64,000 bases of DNA from a virus: positions 64,001 through 128,000 of the IMG/VR virus record IMGVR_UViG_3300025127_006147. One strand, given 5' to 3'. Shown piece by piece: positions 18,887-30,100 of this stretch. The position numbers and the translations under genes were made by a program. Within the stretch, counting starts at the first letter, position 1. Every line of letters starts with the position of its first letter. The notes beneath the pieces are model-generated. The model was not told the DNA's origin and ran no database searches. It saw only the letters and a list, made by a program, of their open reading frames with translations.

Positions 18887-20494
18887 ATGGAAGAATATAA
18901 ATTTAAAATAAAAAGAAGATTTTATCCAGGTGAAACCGAATCACTTCCACCTAATTTACCAAAGGGTTATGTGAGTGAAACTTCATTGGGTGTACCAGAG
19001 GGGCAAAACTGTTTAAACTGTTACTTTTATAATAATGGTTATTGTGAGTATTGGAACGCTGAAATTAGAGATAATTATTGGTGTAAGAAATGGGCTGACC
19101 CACAAAGTATGGTACAAGACTTACCAGAACCACCACCTTGTATTACAGGGGTAACTGTACCTATAGTAATAACTGAAGATTTTAACGATATAGGTGTATA
19201 TACACCTTGGGACGGTTTAGTTTTACAAAGAGATGTAATTAATAATTTTATATACACTGGTAGTGGTCTTTCAGTTACAGTACAAAATACTTCAGATGTT
19301 GACTTTAAAAGGTTTTTAACTTTTGGGAATTATAGTGTTATTTGGGGAGACGGTTCGAGTGACATTTTATCACTAGGACAACCAATAGGGAATCATATTT
19401 ATTCTTCGGGTGGAGAATATAAAATAACATTAGAACAAATTAATCCTTGGGGAACTACAAGGATAAGTAAAATTATAAATTTACCATATGATGGTAATGT
19501 AACAATTAATAATCCTTATGGTACAGTAGAAATCCATCCACCTAATTTTGGTGACCCGATAGGTTGTGATACGGTCTTACAAGATTACATTTTTAGTGGA
19601 GATAGTAATCCAGACGTATATGACTTTTTTAGTTTTAATTATATTACTGTTCCATTTGAAGTGACAGGTTATACTACTACTAGTAATTTAAATTTATTTA
19701 TAGAATACGGTAACCAAGGGTTACCAAATACTGGTACATCTATAACACTTACATCAGATTTAACTGGGGAAATTTTAGAGGTAACCCCACAATATACCGC
19801 TTATACCATAAATGATATAATATATACCGATTTTAGTGGGGGCACAACTTTCTTTAATGCGCTGAGTACTGGTATAAATCCAAATAATGTAGAATGGGAA
19901 TGTTGTGATGAAACACTAAGTGACCCATGTCAATGTCCAGAAAAAGGTAATACTATACCTAAAGGACCCTACGATTCTAATACAATTTATATGGTAGGTT
20001 CTACAGTAGAATATGATGGGTGTTGTTGGTATTGTAATCCTGAATCTTTCTCGGTTTATGAATGTGACGCTCCCCCAACTTACGGAGATAAAATATGGGA
20101 ACCTTGTTTACCTTGTGTGGAAACAGCACTAAACCCAACAGGAAATCAAAGAAGAACTCTAGAAATAGAAGAGTATAACCCATCATCTACATATAAAGAA
20201 GGGGATAAAGTTTCTTTTTATGGAAATGTATATAGATTTGAAGGAACTAGAATTGTTATACCTGAAAGTGGTACGACACGTAATATTAATGGCACCTCAG
20301 GATGGATTGAACTTACTTATGTGACTACTTATTTAGATGATAATAATATACCAATAACGGAAACTGTTCCTTATCAAGATGAAAATGAAAGATTGTGGAT
20401 TGGGGGTTATACCACAAATCCAGAATTTAACGTACTTGATTGGGAAAATAAATCAAATCAATCATTACTGAAATATTCAGTATGGAGTTTATAA
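18887..20494 (+). CDS. virion protein with HiPIP-like 4-Cys motif, PKD-like domain and two CBM5/12-like repeats
   Basis: CLNCYFY..GYCEYW...YWCKKW; VIWGDG...HIYSSGGEYKITL; YDSNTIYMVGSTVEYDG and YNPSSTYKEGDKVSFYGNVY. Confidence 0.6.
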   Translation: MEEYKFKIKRRFYPGETESLPPNLPKGYVSETSLGVPEGQNCLNCYFYNNGYCEYWNAEIRDNYWCKKWADPQSMVQDLPEPPPCITGVTVPIVITEDFNDIGVYTPWDGLVLQRDVINNFIYTGSGLSVTVQNTSDVDFKRFLTFGNYSVIWGDGSSDILSLGQPIGNHIYSSGGEYKITLEQINPWGTTRISKIINLPYDGNVTINNPYGTVEIHPPNFGDPIGCDTVLQDYIFSGDSNPDVYDFFSFNYITVPFEVTGYTTTSNLNLFIEYGNQGLPNTGTSITLTSDLTGEILEVTPQYTAYTINDIIYTDFSGGTTFFNALSTGINPNNVEWECCDETLSDPCQCPEKGNTIPKGPYDSNTIYMVGSTVEYDGCCWYCNPESFSVYECDAPPTYGDKIWEPCLPCVETALNPTGNQRRTLEIEEYNPSSTYKEGDKVSFYGNVYRFEGTRIVIPESGTTRNINGTSGWIELTYVTTYLDDNNIPITETVPYQDENERLWIGGYTTNPEFNVLDWENKSNQSLLKYSVWSL

Positions 20495-20509
20495 AAAATA
20501 TTATAAAAA

Positions 20510-23245
20510 ATGGGAAGATGGCAAAACTGGGGAGGAGGTGGAGGAAGTAATCCATGTGGAGCTTACTATCCACAGGGTGGACCACTAGACAGTTTTTTGG
20601 AATCAGCTAGTGGATGTAAACCAGCTTGGTATTTAACACAATCTAACGCATTTAATCCATCAAATGTTCAATGGAATGGTAACAGAACAACCAGAGGAAA
20701 AGGTTTATGTTGTGATGTATTTAAAAGGGTTAGTGAAAACGCTTATGCGTGGGATTTTGACACTGACTATGTAATGTTTGACACAGTTGCTGCGACAGGA
20801 CAAAAATGCCCAGGGTGTTTTTATCAAGCATATGTACCCCATAAGAGTAGTTCTGAAAATACAGGTAATAACGCAAATGTAAATCATACTAGACCATGTG
20901 AAGGAAGGGGTGGTTTTGATGGAGATAAATTAACCAAATACGTTGCTAGATGGTCTGCATGTAAAGCACTTATAGAGGTGGGAATGCCAGGTAATTGTAC
21001 TATGCACAATTCATTTGGTTTAATAATGGCAGACACAGTAAATGTTACTCATGCAGGTTCCCCTAATGGTAGTTGTCTTAGTAATTGTATGCAATTAAAC
21101 GTTGACTATTTTGAAGAAAGAGTAGCTGGTGAATTTTTATCTTACGCTCAATATCCACCCAATAACTATGATGAAAAAACTGCTTATGATTGTGAAACAA
21201 AAGTACAAGACTTTGATGGAAACAGTGGGCCAACTGGTTCTAAACTAATTTGGACAGGATTTGCACCTCTTCAGTGGCAACCACAAAACACAGACCCATT
21301 TGTCCCCAATGAATCATACGGTACATACCTTCCGGCTACATTTAATAATGAATGGGGTGGATTTGTAAATAATAGTCCAGTACCTGGAGAAAATACCACT
21401 ATAACTATTGAATGGGACCCAACACAAGGGAATAACCCTACACCAGAAACTTATTCATTTAAACCCACTTTAAATGGTTCACAATATGTGGGGTATTTAC
21501 CTTTAAATGCAGGTAACAACAACTCCTGGGGGTTACTTCACCCTAACACAGGAGTACTAGGAAGTACTCTTCCTCAGGGAGATAGTGCTTTATGGGCAAG
21601 AAAAAGTGAGTGGAGAATAATGCCAGCTGGCGACCCAGCCACACCTACCACTTCATCAGATGACGCTTTTGCTTGTTGTACTTATGTGAGTTTTGGTTGT
21701 ACCGACCCCTCTTTTGGTAACTATGACCCTCAAGCTTTCCTAGACTGTAACGGTTATCCTAAAAGTAATGTTTTCCAATTAGACCCAAACGGCAACCCAT
21801 TACCCTGTGAAAATATAAATGGTGTAGTCCAACCTTGTTGGGACCCCCTAGAAGGTATGCAATGTAATAATTGTATTAATCCTGGTACTGGACAATATGA
21901 TTTAACTTGGTCAGCGTGTACTCAACAATTATATGACGCTTGTGGTGGAGATGGTTTCCTCACGCCCTCCGCTTGGAATGCTATGATACAAGAAAAGCCT
22001 AGTTCTTGGTTATATGGTGGTGCTAAACAACAAGTAGGTAATGGTGGGGGAGGTGGTTTAGCTAGATTCTGGGACAAAGATGCTAGGGAAGTTTCGGGAG
22101 GAGCATATGGTAGACCATTATGTCAATGTAATAATTCTGGTTGTATGTTACCAGGAGCATCTAACTATTCACCTTTAAATAATACAGATTGTAGTAATAA
22201 TATACCTCCTGGTGTTGGACCAAACTATGACCAATATGGTGATGTAACTTGTTGTACATTCACTAAATTTGGTTGCCCTGATAATACTTATGTCGTGCCT
22301 CCACAAAATAATTACTTTTGTAGTGTTGACTTAGATGCGGATGGTGCCCCAGACAATTTCCAATTTTGTATGGAACCAAATGGGACTCCTTGTTGGGACC
22401 CAGTAAACCAACAGTTAAACCCTAACTGTCTTAATGGTGCTGTTCCTGGAGCTAATACAATTCCACTATCTAATACCGCTGGTAATTTACCTACAGTTAA
22501 TTTGACAAATGATGGGAGTTGTGAATTAATATTAATACCTGGGTGTAAAGATGATGGTGGAAACTTAGCGGGGGGTTCTTTCGCGACACCTTTTTATCCT
22601 GGTTATTCAGCGATAAATTTTGACCCTAACGTTACAGTACACGTTCAAACTAGTTGTGAATATGTGTTTGGTTGTCCAGACCCCTTAGCACAAAATGTTA
22701 TAGATGGGTTACCAGTTTGTCAAACCGATGTTTTAACAGGAACAATATCTCAAGCGGCAAACTATTATGGGGTAACTAATGCAGACATAAGTAACAATTT
22801 AATACCAAATATAGAATGTTGTGATTATGAAATCCCTGGAACAGGTCCTGGTTGTACGGACCCTAACGCTTTAAATTACAACCCATTAGCGGATACAGAT
22901 GATGGAAGTTGTATATACAACATAGAAGGTTGCACTGACCCAGCAGCTTTAAATTTTAATCCAAGTGCAACACTAGACGATTCTTCTTGTTTATATCCAG
23001 GTGACTACCCTGTAGAGGGAAGTAACTTTCTAGATGGGAGTGAAATGGAAATATGTAGAGAACCTTTAACAAAAGAAGAGGTATTAATGAATGTTTGCCA
23101 ACCAACAGAAATACAATCAGAAGTATTTATTGAAAGAGGTAAACAATCTGTGTTTGAACCAAACCAAAGATTGGATGAGGTAAAAACAATAGGAGGTTTA
23201 AAAATATATGGGTATGGATTTTACAACATAAAAGAACAAATATAA
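20510..23245 (+). CDS. Cys-rich virion protein with GCTD-type repeats
   Basis: About seven repeats such as GCTDPNALNYNPLADTDDGSCIY and GCTDPAALNFNPSATLDDSSCLY. Confidence 0.65.
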   Translation: MGRWQNWGGGGGSNPCGAYYPQGGPLDSFLESASGCKPAWYLTQSNAFNPSNVQWNGNRTTRGKGLCCDVFKRVSENAYAWDFDTDYVMFDTVAATGQKCPGCFYQAYVPHKSSSENTGNNANVNHTRPCEGRGGFDGDKLTKYVARWSACKALIEVGMPGNCTMHNSFGLIMADTVNVTHAGSPNGSCLSNCMQLNVDYFEERVAGEFLSYAQYPPNNYDEKTAYDCETKVQDFDGNSGPTGSKLIWTGFAPLQWQPQNTDPFVPNESYGTYLPATFNNEWGGFVNNSPVPGENTTITIEWDPTQGNNPTPETYSFKPTLNGSQYVGYLPLNAGNNNSWGLLHPNTGVLGSTLPQGDSALWARKSEWRIMPAGDPATPTTSSDDAFACCTYVSFGCTDPSFGNYDPQAFLDCNGYPKSNVFQLDPNGNPLPCENINGVVQPCWDPLEGMQCNNCINPGTGQYDLTWSACTQQLYDACGGDGFLTPSAWNAMIQEKPSSWLYGGAKQQVGNGGGGGLARFWDKDAREVSGGAYGRPLCQCNNSGCMLPGASNYSPLNNTDCSNNIPPGVGPNYDQYGDVTCCTFTKFGCPDNTYVVPPQNNYFCSVDLDADGAPDNFQFCMEPNGTPCWDPVNQQLNPNCLNGAVPGANTIPLSNTAGNLPTVNLTNDGSCELILIPGCKDDGGNLAGGSFATPFYPGYSAINFDPNVTVHVQTSCEYVFGCPDPLAQNVIDGLPVCQTDVLTGTISQAANYYGVTNADISNNLIPNIECCDYEIPGTGPGCTDPNALNYNPLADTDDGSCIYNIEGCTDPAALNFNPSATLDDSSCLYPGDYPVEGSNFLDGSEMEICREPLTKEEVLMNVCQPTEIQSEVFIERGKQSVFEPNQRLDEVKTIGGLKIYGYGFYNIKEQI

Positions 23246-23251
23246 TAAAAG

Positions 23252-24163
23252 ATGGCATTAGGAACATACGGAATAAAAAGATTATCAGATGTATCTCCAG
23301 AAAATGTGGAGATAATTTCATTATATACACCTAGTAGGGAATCGGCAGCTGAGACTATTATAAAAAAGTTAAATGCACAAAGTATATTAACACCTTACTA
23401 CCATAATACAGAAACTGGAGGAACACCAGATATAGAACTTTTAGGTGGGGTGTATAACTTAAAATTACCTTATAATGAGTTTAAAGATAAAGGTATATAT
23501 AACTTAATTATTAGACCATTAGAAATTAGAACTTCAATCACAGATTGTGGGGTTTTATCATCTTTACCAACAGTAAAAGGTTTAGTTTTTGACTTAAATA
23601 ATGTTCCTACAGAGTCAAGAAATAAATTTGTTAATAATGGTTTAGTAGGATATAGAGTAGAATATTTAAATAGTGATGGTACTAAAATACCTAATTTTTA
23701 TAGGATAGTTACCTCTTCATTTTTCTGTGAACCGATAACACAAAACTTAACAAATAGTAATCAAAAAGCAATTAGATATCGTTATATAAATGGTGGGAGT
23801 AATTTACTTTTCTGTACATTAACACCTACTTCAGCACCATCCAATAAACCAACAGCTTTACCATATATTGGACAACCAGCACAAAATGTTATAATAACAA
23901 ACACACATTTTAATCCTGTACACATTGAAATAGAAATGGTTGATTACGATGTTGATAGTTTAGGTATAGCACTGTACGGTAATCAAACTAAATCACTTAG
24001 TGATGGTGTATACACACTATACGATAGTAACAATAATATTTATAAACAATACAACTTATACGAAACTAGAGACCAGTTTGGACAACCACTATATGAGGTT
24101 AGACAAGATAGAGGGAATAACATAGACTTTACGAAAGCATTTAACAATATCGCACAACAGTAA
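23252..24163 (+). CDS. putative virion structural protein
   Basis: 303 aa; stop overlaps the next start (TAATG). Confidence 0.55.
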   Translation: MALGTYGIKRLSDVSPENVEIISLYTPSRESAAETIIKKLNAQSILTPYYHNTETGGTPDIELLGGVYNLKLPYNEFKDKGIYNLIIRPLEIRTSITDCGVLSSLPTVKGLVFDLNNVPTESRNKFVNNGLVGYRVEYLNSDGTKIPNFYRIVTSSFFCEPITQNLTNSNQKAIRYRYINGGSNLLFCTLTPTSAPSNKPTALPYIGQPAQNVIITNTHFNPVHIEIEMVDYDVDSLGIALYGNQTKSLSDGVYTLYDSNNNIYKQYNLYETRDQFGQPLYEVRQDRGNNIDFTKAFNNIAQQ

Positions 24164-27100
24164 TGGCTGGAATTTATAACAATAATAATAGTCCTATACC
24201 TGGTAATGGAGCTGACTTTTTTGGAGACAAATTAGTAGGTAACCAATTCGTAGACGGGTCTTCACAATTTACATTAGGTAATTTTGAAATTAAAAGTAAT
24301 GTAAATCAAAAAGATTCTAGAAGTTTTAGTTTAGGTAACTTTTCAGAACCCATATCCCTAGAAACACTTAACATTAAAAGTTCTGAAGAGGCAAAAATTT
24401 TAGCTTCGAATCGATTAGAAGTTTTTATTAATTATAGTAGAAGTAAAATCACTAATTTTACTTTATACGGTTCTTTAAGAGAACGATTAAAAGTAGCCGT
24501 TAATAATGTTATAAAACAATTTCCAGCAGCTCTTGTTTTTAAGAAAATAAGAGATTGGTCTGACTATAATAGTGGTAATACTGCTACAAATATTAGTTTT
24601 AACGCTAGTACGAATAAAACAAATATAAGTTTACACTTATATAATGTTTTTAACCCATTTAGTATTGAATATACTCAGGTAGGTAATCTTTATACTGATG
24701 AAAACATTTCCTCTTTAAGAAATTTAAGTATAGAATATAAAAAATATTCTTTATATTATAAGAATGTAGAATATCCCCTTACATTTTTAACACCAACTAC
24801 AGGTAATACTAGTATCGGAAATTTAAATATTGTGGTTGAGGGAAATCCTTTTAGTGGGGCCTCAGTGACTACAGATTCTTTTTATGTTAAACCAAACACT
24901 CTAACAACTGAAGAAGTGTTTGATAAAATGGAAGACGTGGAGAAGTATCTGGTAGAAAGAACCACCAATCCTTTATATACTGCCACATTTGACCAACCTA
25001 GAGAAACAAGTACTGGTAAAATTGTTAAATCTAGTGTGTCTGTAACTTGGCCATCTACTGATAATTGGAACTTAATAATAAACGGTGGTTTATTTGAGTC
25101 TTACCTAGCTAAATTATATGATATCGCTGACACCTACGACTCCTATAAAACAAATTTAGTTTCCAGATTTTTAACTACTGCTGCATTAAAAGAGTTTGAC
25201 ACTTATGATGAAAAAGTAGATAAAATATTAAAAATATATGGTAGAAGTTTTGATGAGATTAAAAAATATATAGATGGGTTAGCTTATATGGCAAATACCA
25301 CTTATGATGGGATAAACAATATACCTAACGAATTATTAAAGAATTTTGCACAAACTTTAGGGTGGGGCACTCCTTCCGCTATAAAAAGTGAAGGTTTCTT
25401 GGATACTATATTTAAAAGGAGTACTGCTGTTGAGTATGGGGGACTTGCACAAAATCAAACACCTACTGAACTTAACTATGAATTATATAGAAGATTATTA
25501 GCTAATACCGCTTACCTATTTAAATCTAAAGGTACAAGAAGAGGTATTGAGTTTATGTTAAGATTTGTGGGTGCACCAGAAGCACTTATAGAATTTAATG
25601 AACATGTTTATGTTGCTGGTCAACCACTAAACATGAGAGAATTTAGAAATTACGAATTAAAAATATCAGGAGGGACTTACACAGAAGAAGTTCCAGTTTT
25701 AAATACTTATTTTTCAGCTGCCACAAATAATACATTCCCAGCGGTCGTAATCACAGGATACACATTTGGTTACGAAACTATAACTAAGTCAACAAATATA
25801 ATACCTGAAGTATTACCCGTAGATAAAGACGGTTACCCGACAGTCCCAAGATATGGGGCAGATTCTTATTTCCAATCAGGAGCTGGTTGGTTTGAAGAAA
25901 CTACCGAACATCAAGGTAAAAAAGTTATAGATTATGAGAATTCTGTTTTTACTGGTAATACTCCTTTTGTTCGTACAAAACTAAATCAATTTTCTTACGG
26001 AGAACCATACTTGGAATTATATAGAAAATTCCCTGATTCTAAATTAGGATTCCCAATAGTAAGAACCGTAGATAATAAAAAATCTTGGGTAAGAAAAAAC
26101 TCATATCAACAAAGATATTTAAATTTACCAGATAGAGGTACAAATTACCAAACACAAAACGATAAATTAGTAATCAACGTTAAAAACGTTGATATATTTC
26201 TTAATATAGGGCAAGGTCTCGAATGGGATGTGTGGAATTTTTCTAAAAAGTATAGTTGTCCTTTTGGTCCTAACGCTTTAGGTTCTCCATACCCAGGAGT
26301 TGGTGGACCTGATTGGACTGAAATAATTGCAGATGCATCTAAACTTTCTTTCTTCGAATTTGCTCAAAAATTCTGGACTGTTTTAATTAACGTTAAAAAT
26401 AGACAAACTATAGACGATGGACATGCTGGAGGTTACCCAACACTTTTAAGTATATATTTAGATTATTTAAAAAGTGACCAAACCTGTGGTATACCTAGTA
26501 ACAAGTATACGTATGAAAAAATGATTGCCTATGTAGAAAACATGGGAGATTATTGGGTAAGATTATTGGAACAATTAGTTCCTTCTACAACAATTTGGCA
26601 GGGAGGTATTAAATATGAAAACTCCATATTCCATCGATACAAATACGCTTATAAACACGAACCTCTTTGTGATGATTTAGAATGTTTTGGGTCTTTTGTA
26701 CATTGTTGTTATCCTATCGCTAATGATATTTTAGTGGACGCTACCTTAGAATGTGGGGGACTCGCTTTTTCAGGTGCTACTTGGCAAAATAAAATTACTT
26801 TAGGTGGGACGGTATATACTGGTAACACTTATTATAGTAGTACAACTATTACTGATATACCTAGTACTGATATATGGTTAGATGATATGGTTGAAATACT
26901 TAGTGGTATTACCACAAATGTAACGGACCCTAATCACACCCTTTCGTATTATTTAATTAATGATAACAATACACCTACAGGTCTTCAGATAGACCAACCT
27001 AACTGTATTGTTATTCAGGGACCTTGTGGAACTGGACAAGAAGTATGTGATTGTCCTCCAGGGTACGAATATGACGCGGTAAGTGAATTATGTTTGGCAT

Positions 27101-30100
27101 ATACAGCAAGCACCACAACTACTGGTACCACTATTAATAAAGCAGCTGGAAATACTGGTTATAATCAATTTGGAGCACGGTTTTGTGTACCAGGTAGTTA
27201 CACCACTTGTGGAAGTGGAGCACCAGCCTCTAATTTTAAGGTAATTGGAGGTGCTAGTAATCCTTTTTGGGATGCTAATTCAACTAATACACAAGGTAGA
27301 TTAAATAATGTGGGGGTAAATAATGCTGATATGTTAACGAGTGACCATTTCTTTGGTTTCTCTAGATGTATAGATGTACCAGAGAAAGGAGAATATTTAT
27401 TTGCTCTCGCAGGAGATGATGAAATACGTGCAAACCTTAATGGTGTTCAGATAGTTAACAATCCGTGGAACGGAACAATGAATGCTAACAATTTTAGATA
27501 TTGGTGGGTATGGCCTGTTACTTTAAATGCGGGTCAGAATACTCTAACATTGGAAGGAGCTAACGGATTTTCGGGTGGACCTGCTTCATTTGGTTGTGAA
27601 ATTGTTGGACCTTTTGCTGAGGGTACTTTTACTGTAAATACAGATTTTGATATATTCTCCGCTCAAACTGGTATAGATACTTACACCGCTAATACTATTT
27701 TTTCTAGTCTAAACGAAGTAGGAAATACATTTAATACTCAAACTAATGTCTGTCCTTCTGGGTACACATATGATGTGTGTACTGATTCGTGTGTAAAAAC
27801 TACTGAACCTGGATGTATTACATACCCCGATGGTGAAGATGTATGGAATTTTAATAGTGGCTCTGACCCACATTGTTTTAAATCTGAAATTTGTCTTACC
27901 CTACAAACCACGCAAGTAAATCCAGTTCCTAATGGTACGGATATCTGGGCATTTTATGATACTACTTCCACTGGTGCCGATATGGCAAATGCAGCAAAAA
28001 CTTCACTAGATAGTTGGGTGTCTAGTTTAGGTAGTTCTTTTACTGGTAACACTTACCATATCCCCGTGGGTGGTGAAAGATGGTTAAGTTGGGCATCGTC
28101 ACCTATAAGTGGAGGAACTCTACCTATAACCAATACTTACGGAGCTGGTTTTAATGTTTTACCGTCAGGGATGGTAGGAAATACCGTTCCAGTTGGAGTT
28201 AGTCCAAATGTCCTCTCAATATATTTTATTGATGAAAGTAGACCCGTCTATCACGATTATCCTTCACTAAATTCATGTAATTACTATGCACCGTCAGGTA
28301 ATATTGCTACAGATTGGTTAAATCAACCAACAGTGACTTATAGTGGTGACTTTAATACTTTTATGTCAGCATTTAATGCTTACGACGACTTTAAAGGATT
28401 TATATATCCAGTAGTTAAAGACGCTAATGCAAGTAGATTACCTTTCCCATTACATGTTTATGGAGCTTTAGAAACTTCTATTGTCGCTATCAGTGATTTA
28501 ATTGAGAACCCTACAGTTACTGCGGCGGGAGGTACTTTGTCCGCAATTACTATAACCAATCCATACACTGGTTTAACAGGAACTAATAATAATACTGCTT
28601 ATACGGGACCAGGATTGAAAAACTTTGGTTTTGGTGCAAACTATACTTTAGGTACTGATAGTTGTAATGGTTTAATTTGCTCGGACCCAGGATTCCAATC
28701 ATCATGTTTAACTAGTGACGCTAGTAGATTCTTTGACGGAACCTTCCAACAGGACCTATTTGCCTTCTTACAAGGAAGTAGTGATGTCACATTAATAGAT
28801 TGTGAAATTTGTATACCTGTGTGTTATGGAGAGGGAACAGAAACCCAAGAATGGAGTAAAAGTAAACTTTATAATTATGGTGATATAGTATTATGGCAAG
28901 GACAATTATGGGTGTGGTTAGGGTTTGACAACACCTATACTAATAGACCAGACGTTTCAAAAGCTTGGTCTTTACGTGGAGCAGCAGATTGTATTCCATT
29001 TTTAGGGGGTAATGATTTTAGACCACATGATGACTGTGATGATTTTACTGTTATACCTGAAAACCCAGAAGTAACTGGTACAACAATTACCACTAATCCT
29101 GAAATATTTAAAGAATCTATATTTAATGTTGGTGGACAAGATTGTTTTGATTCCACATATAATCCTTGTGAAGAATTAACAGACCCTTGTGGGTGTTCTG
29201 CAACATTTGGACAGTTTGATGAAACTACTGTATTATTCGCAGTGGGAGATGTGGTATGTTGTCCAGGTGACCCAGATACACCACCGACTAAATGGATTAG
29301 AGTTATAGGAAGTAGTAACTGTGATAGTTTACAGTTATTTATACCAGCTCTCTGTGGGCCCACACCACCACAAAGTAAATGTTGGAGATTATGTGAACCA
29401 GAAACAGAAGGAGAAGGTGCAACTTCTGGTGGTTTTTGGGGTAAAGAAACTGTTAGAAGAAGAAGACCTTCATTAATATCAAATTCACCTACTGACCCTT
29501 GTGACCCAAGTTATGAAAATCCTACTGACCCTTGTGATTGTCAAGGTATTGGATTTAGAAATGTAGATTTAGATTTTTATTTATTGAATAGTATTGTTGG
29601 TGTTCCAGATTCTATAATGGAATTTTTTATGGAGGAAGACGCTATTGACCCAACTAACTGGACACAACCAATCAATAGTATTACCACTGACCCAAAAGTA
29701 TACAAAGCACAAATAAATGCGTGTTGTCTAGGAGATAAATTTACCCATTATTTTAGGGTGTATCATAGAACTGGTAATATACCTACAGACCCTTCACAGA
29801 TAACTTACGGTGAGTATGAAATTGATTTTGACATGAATCAGAATTGTAATATAGAATTTTACCATGTTGAAGCTGGTGATACAGTTAAAATGTTCATGCA
29901 CATCCCATCAGACACACTTACGAACAACGCTACTATTAGTATAATTGATAATCCATTACTTGGTATTCCATACCTAACCCAAAATTTAGGCGCGAGTAAC
30001 TACTTCAATAACACTAATGGTAATGGATTACAAAGTTTAACATTCCAAATAGGAAAAATAGACACCACTTCGAATATACACCAATTTTTCAAAGTAGATG

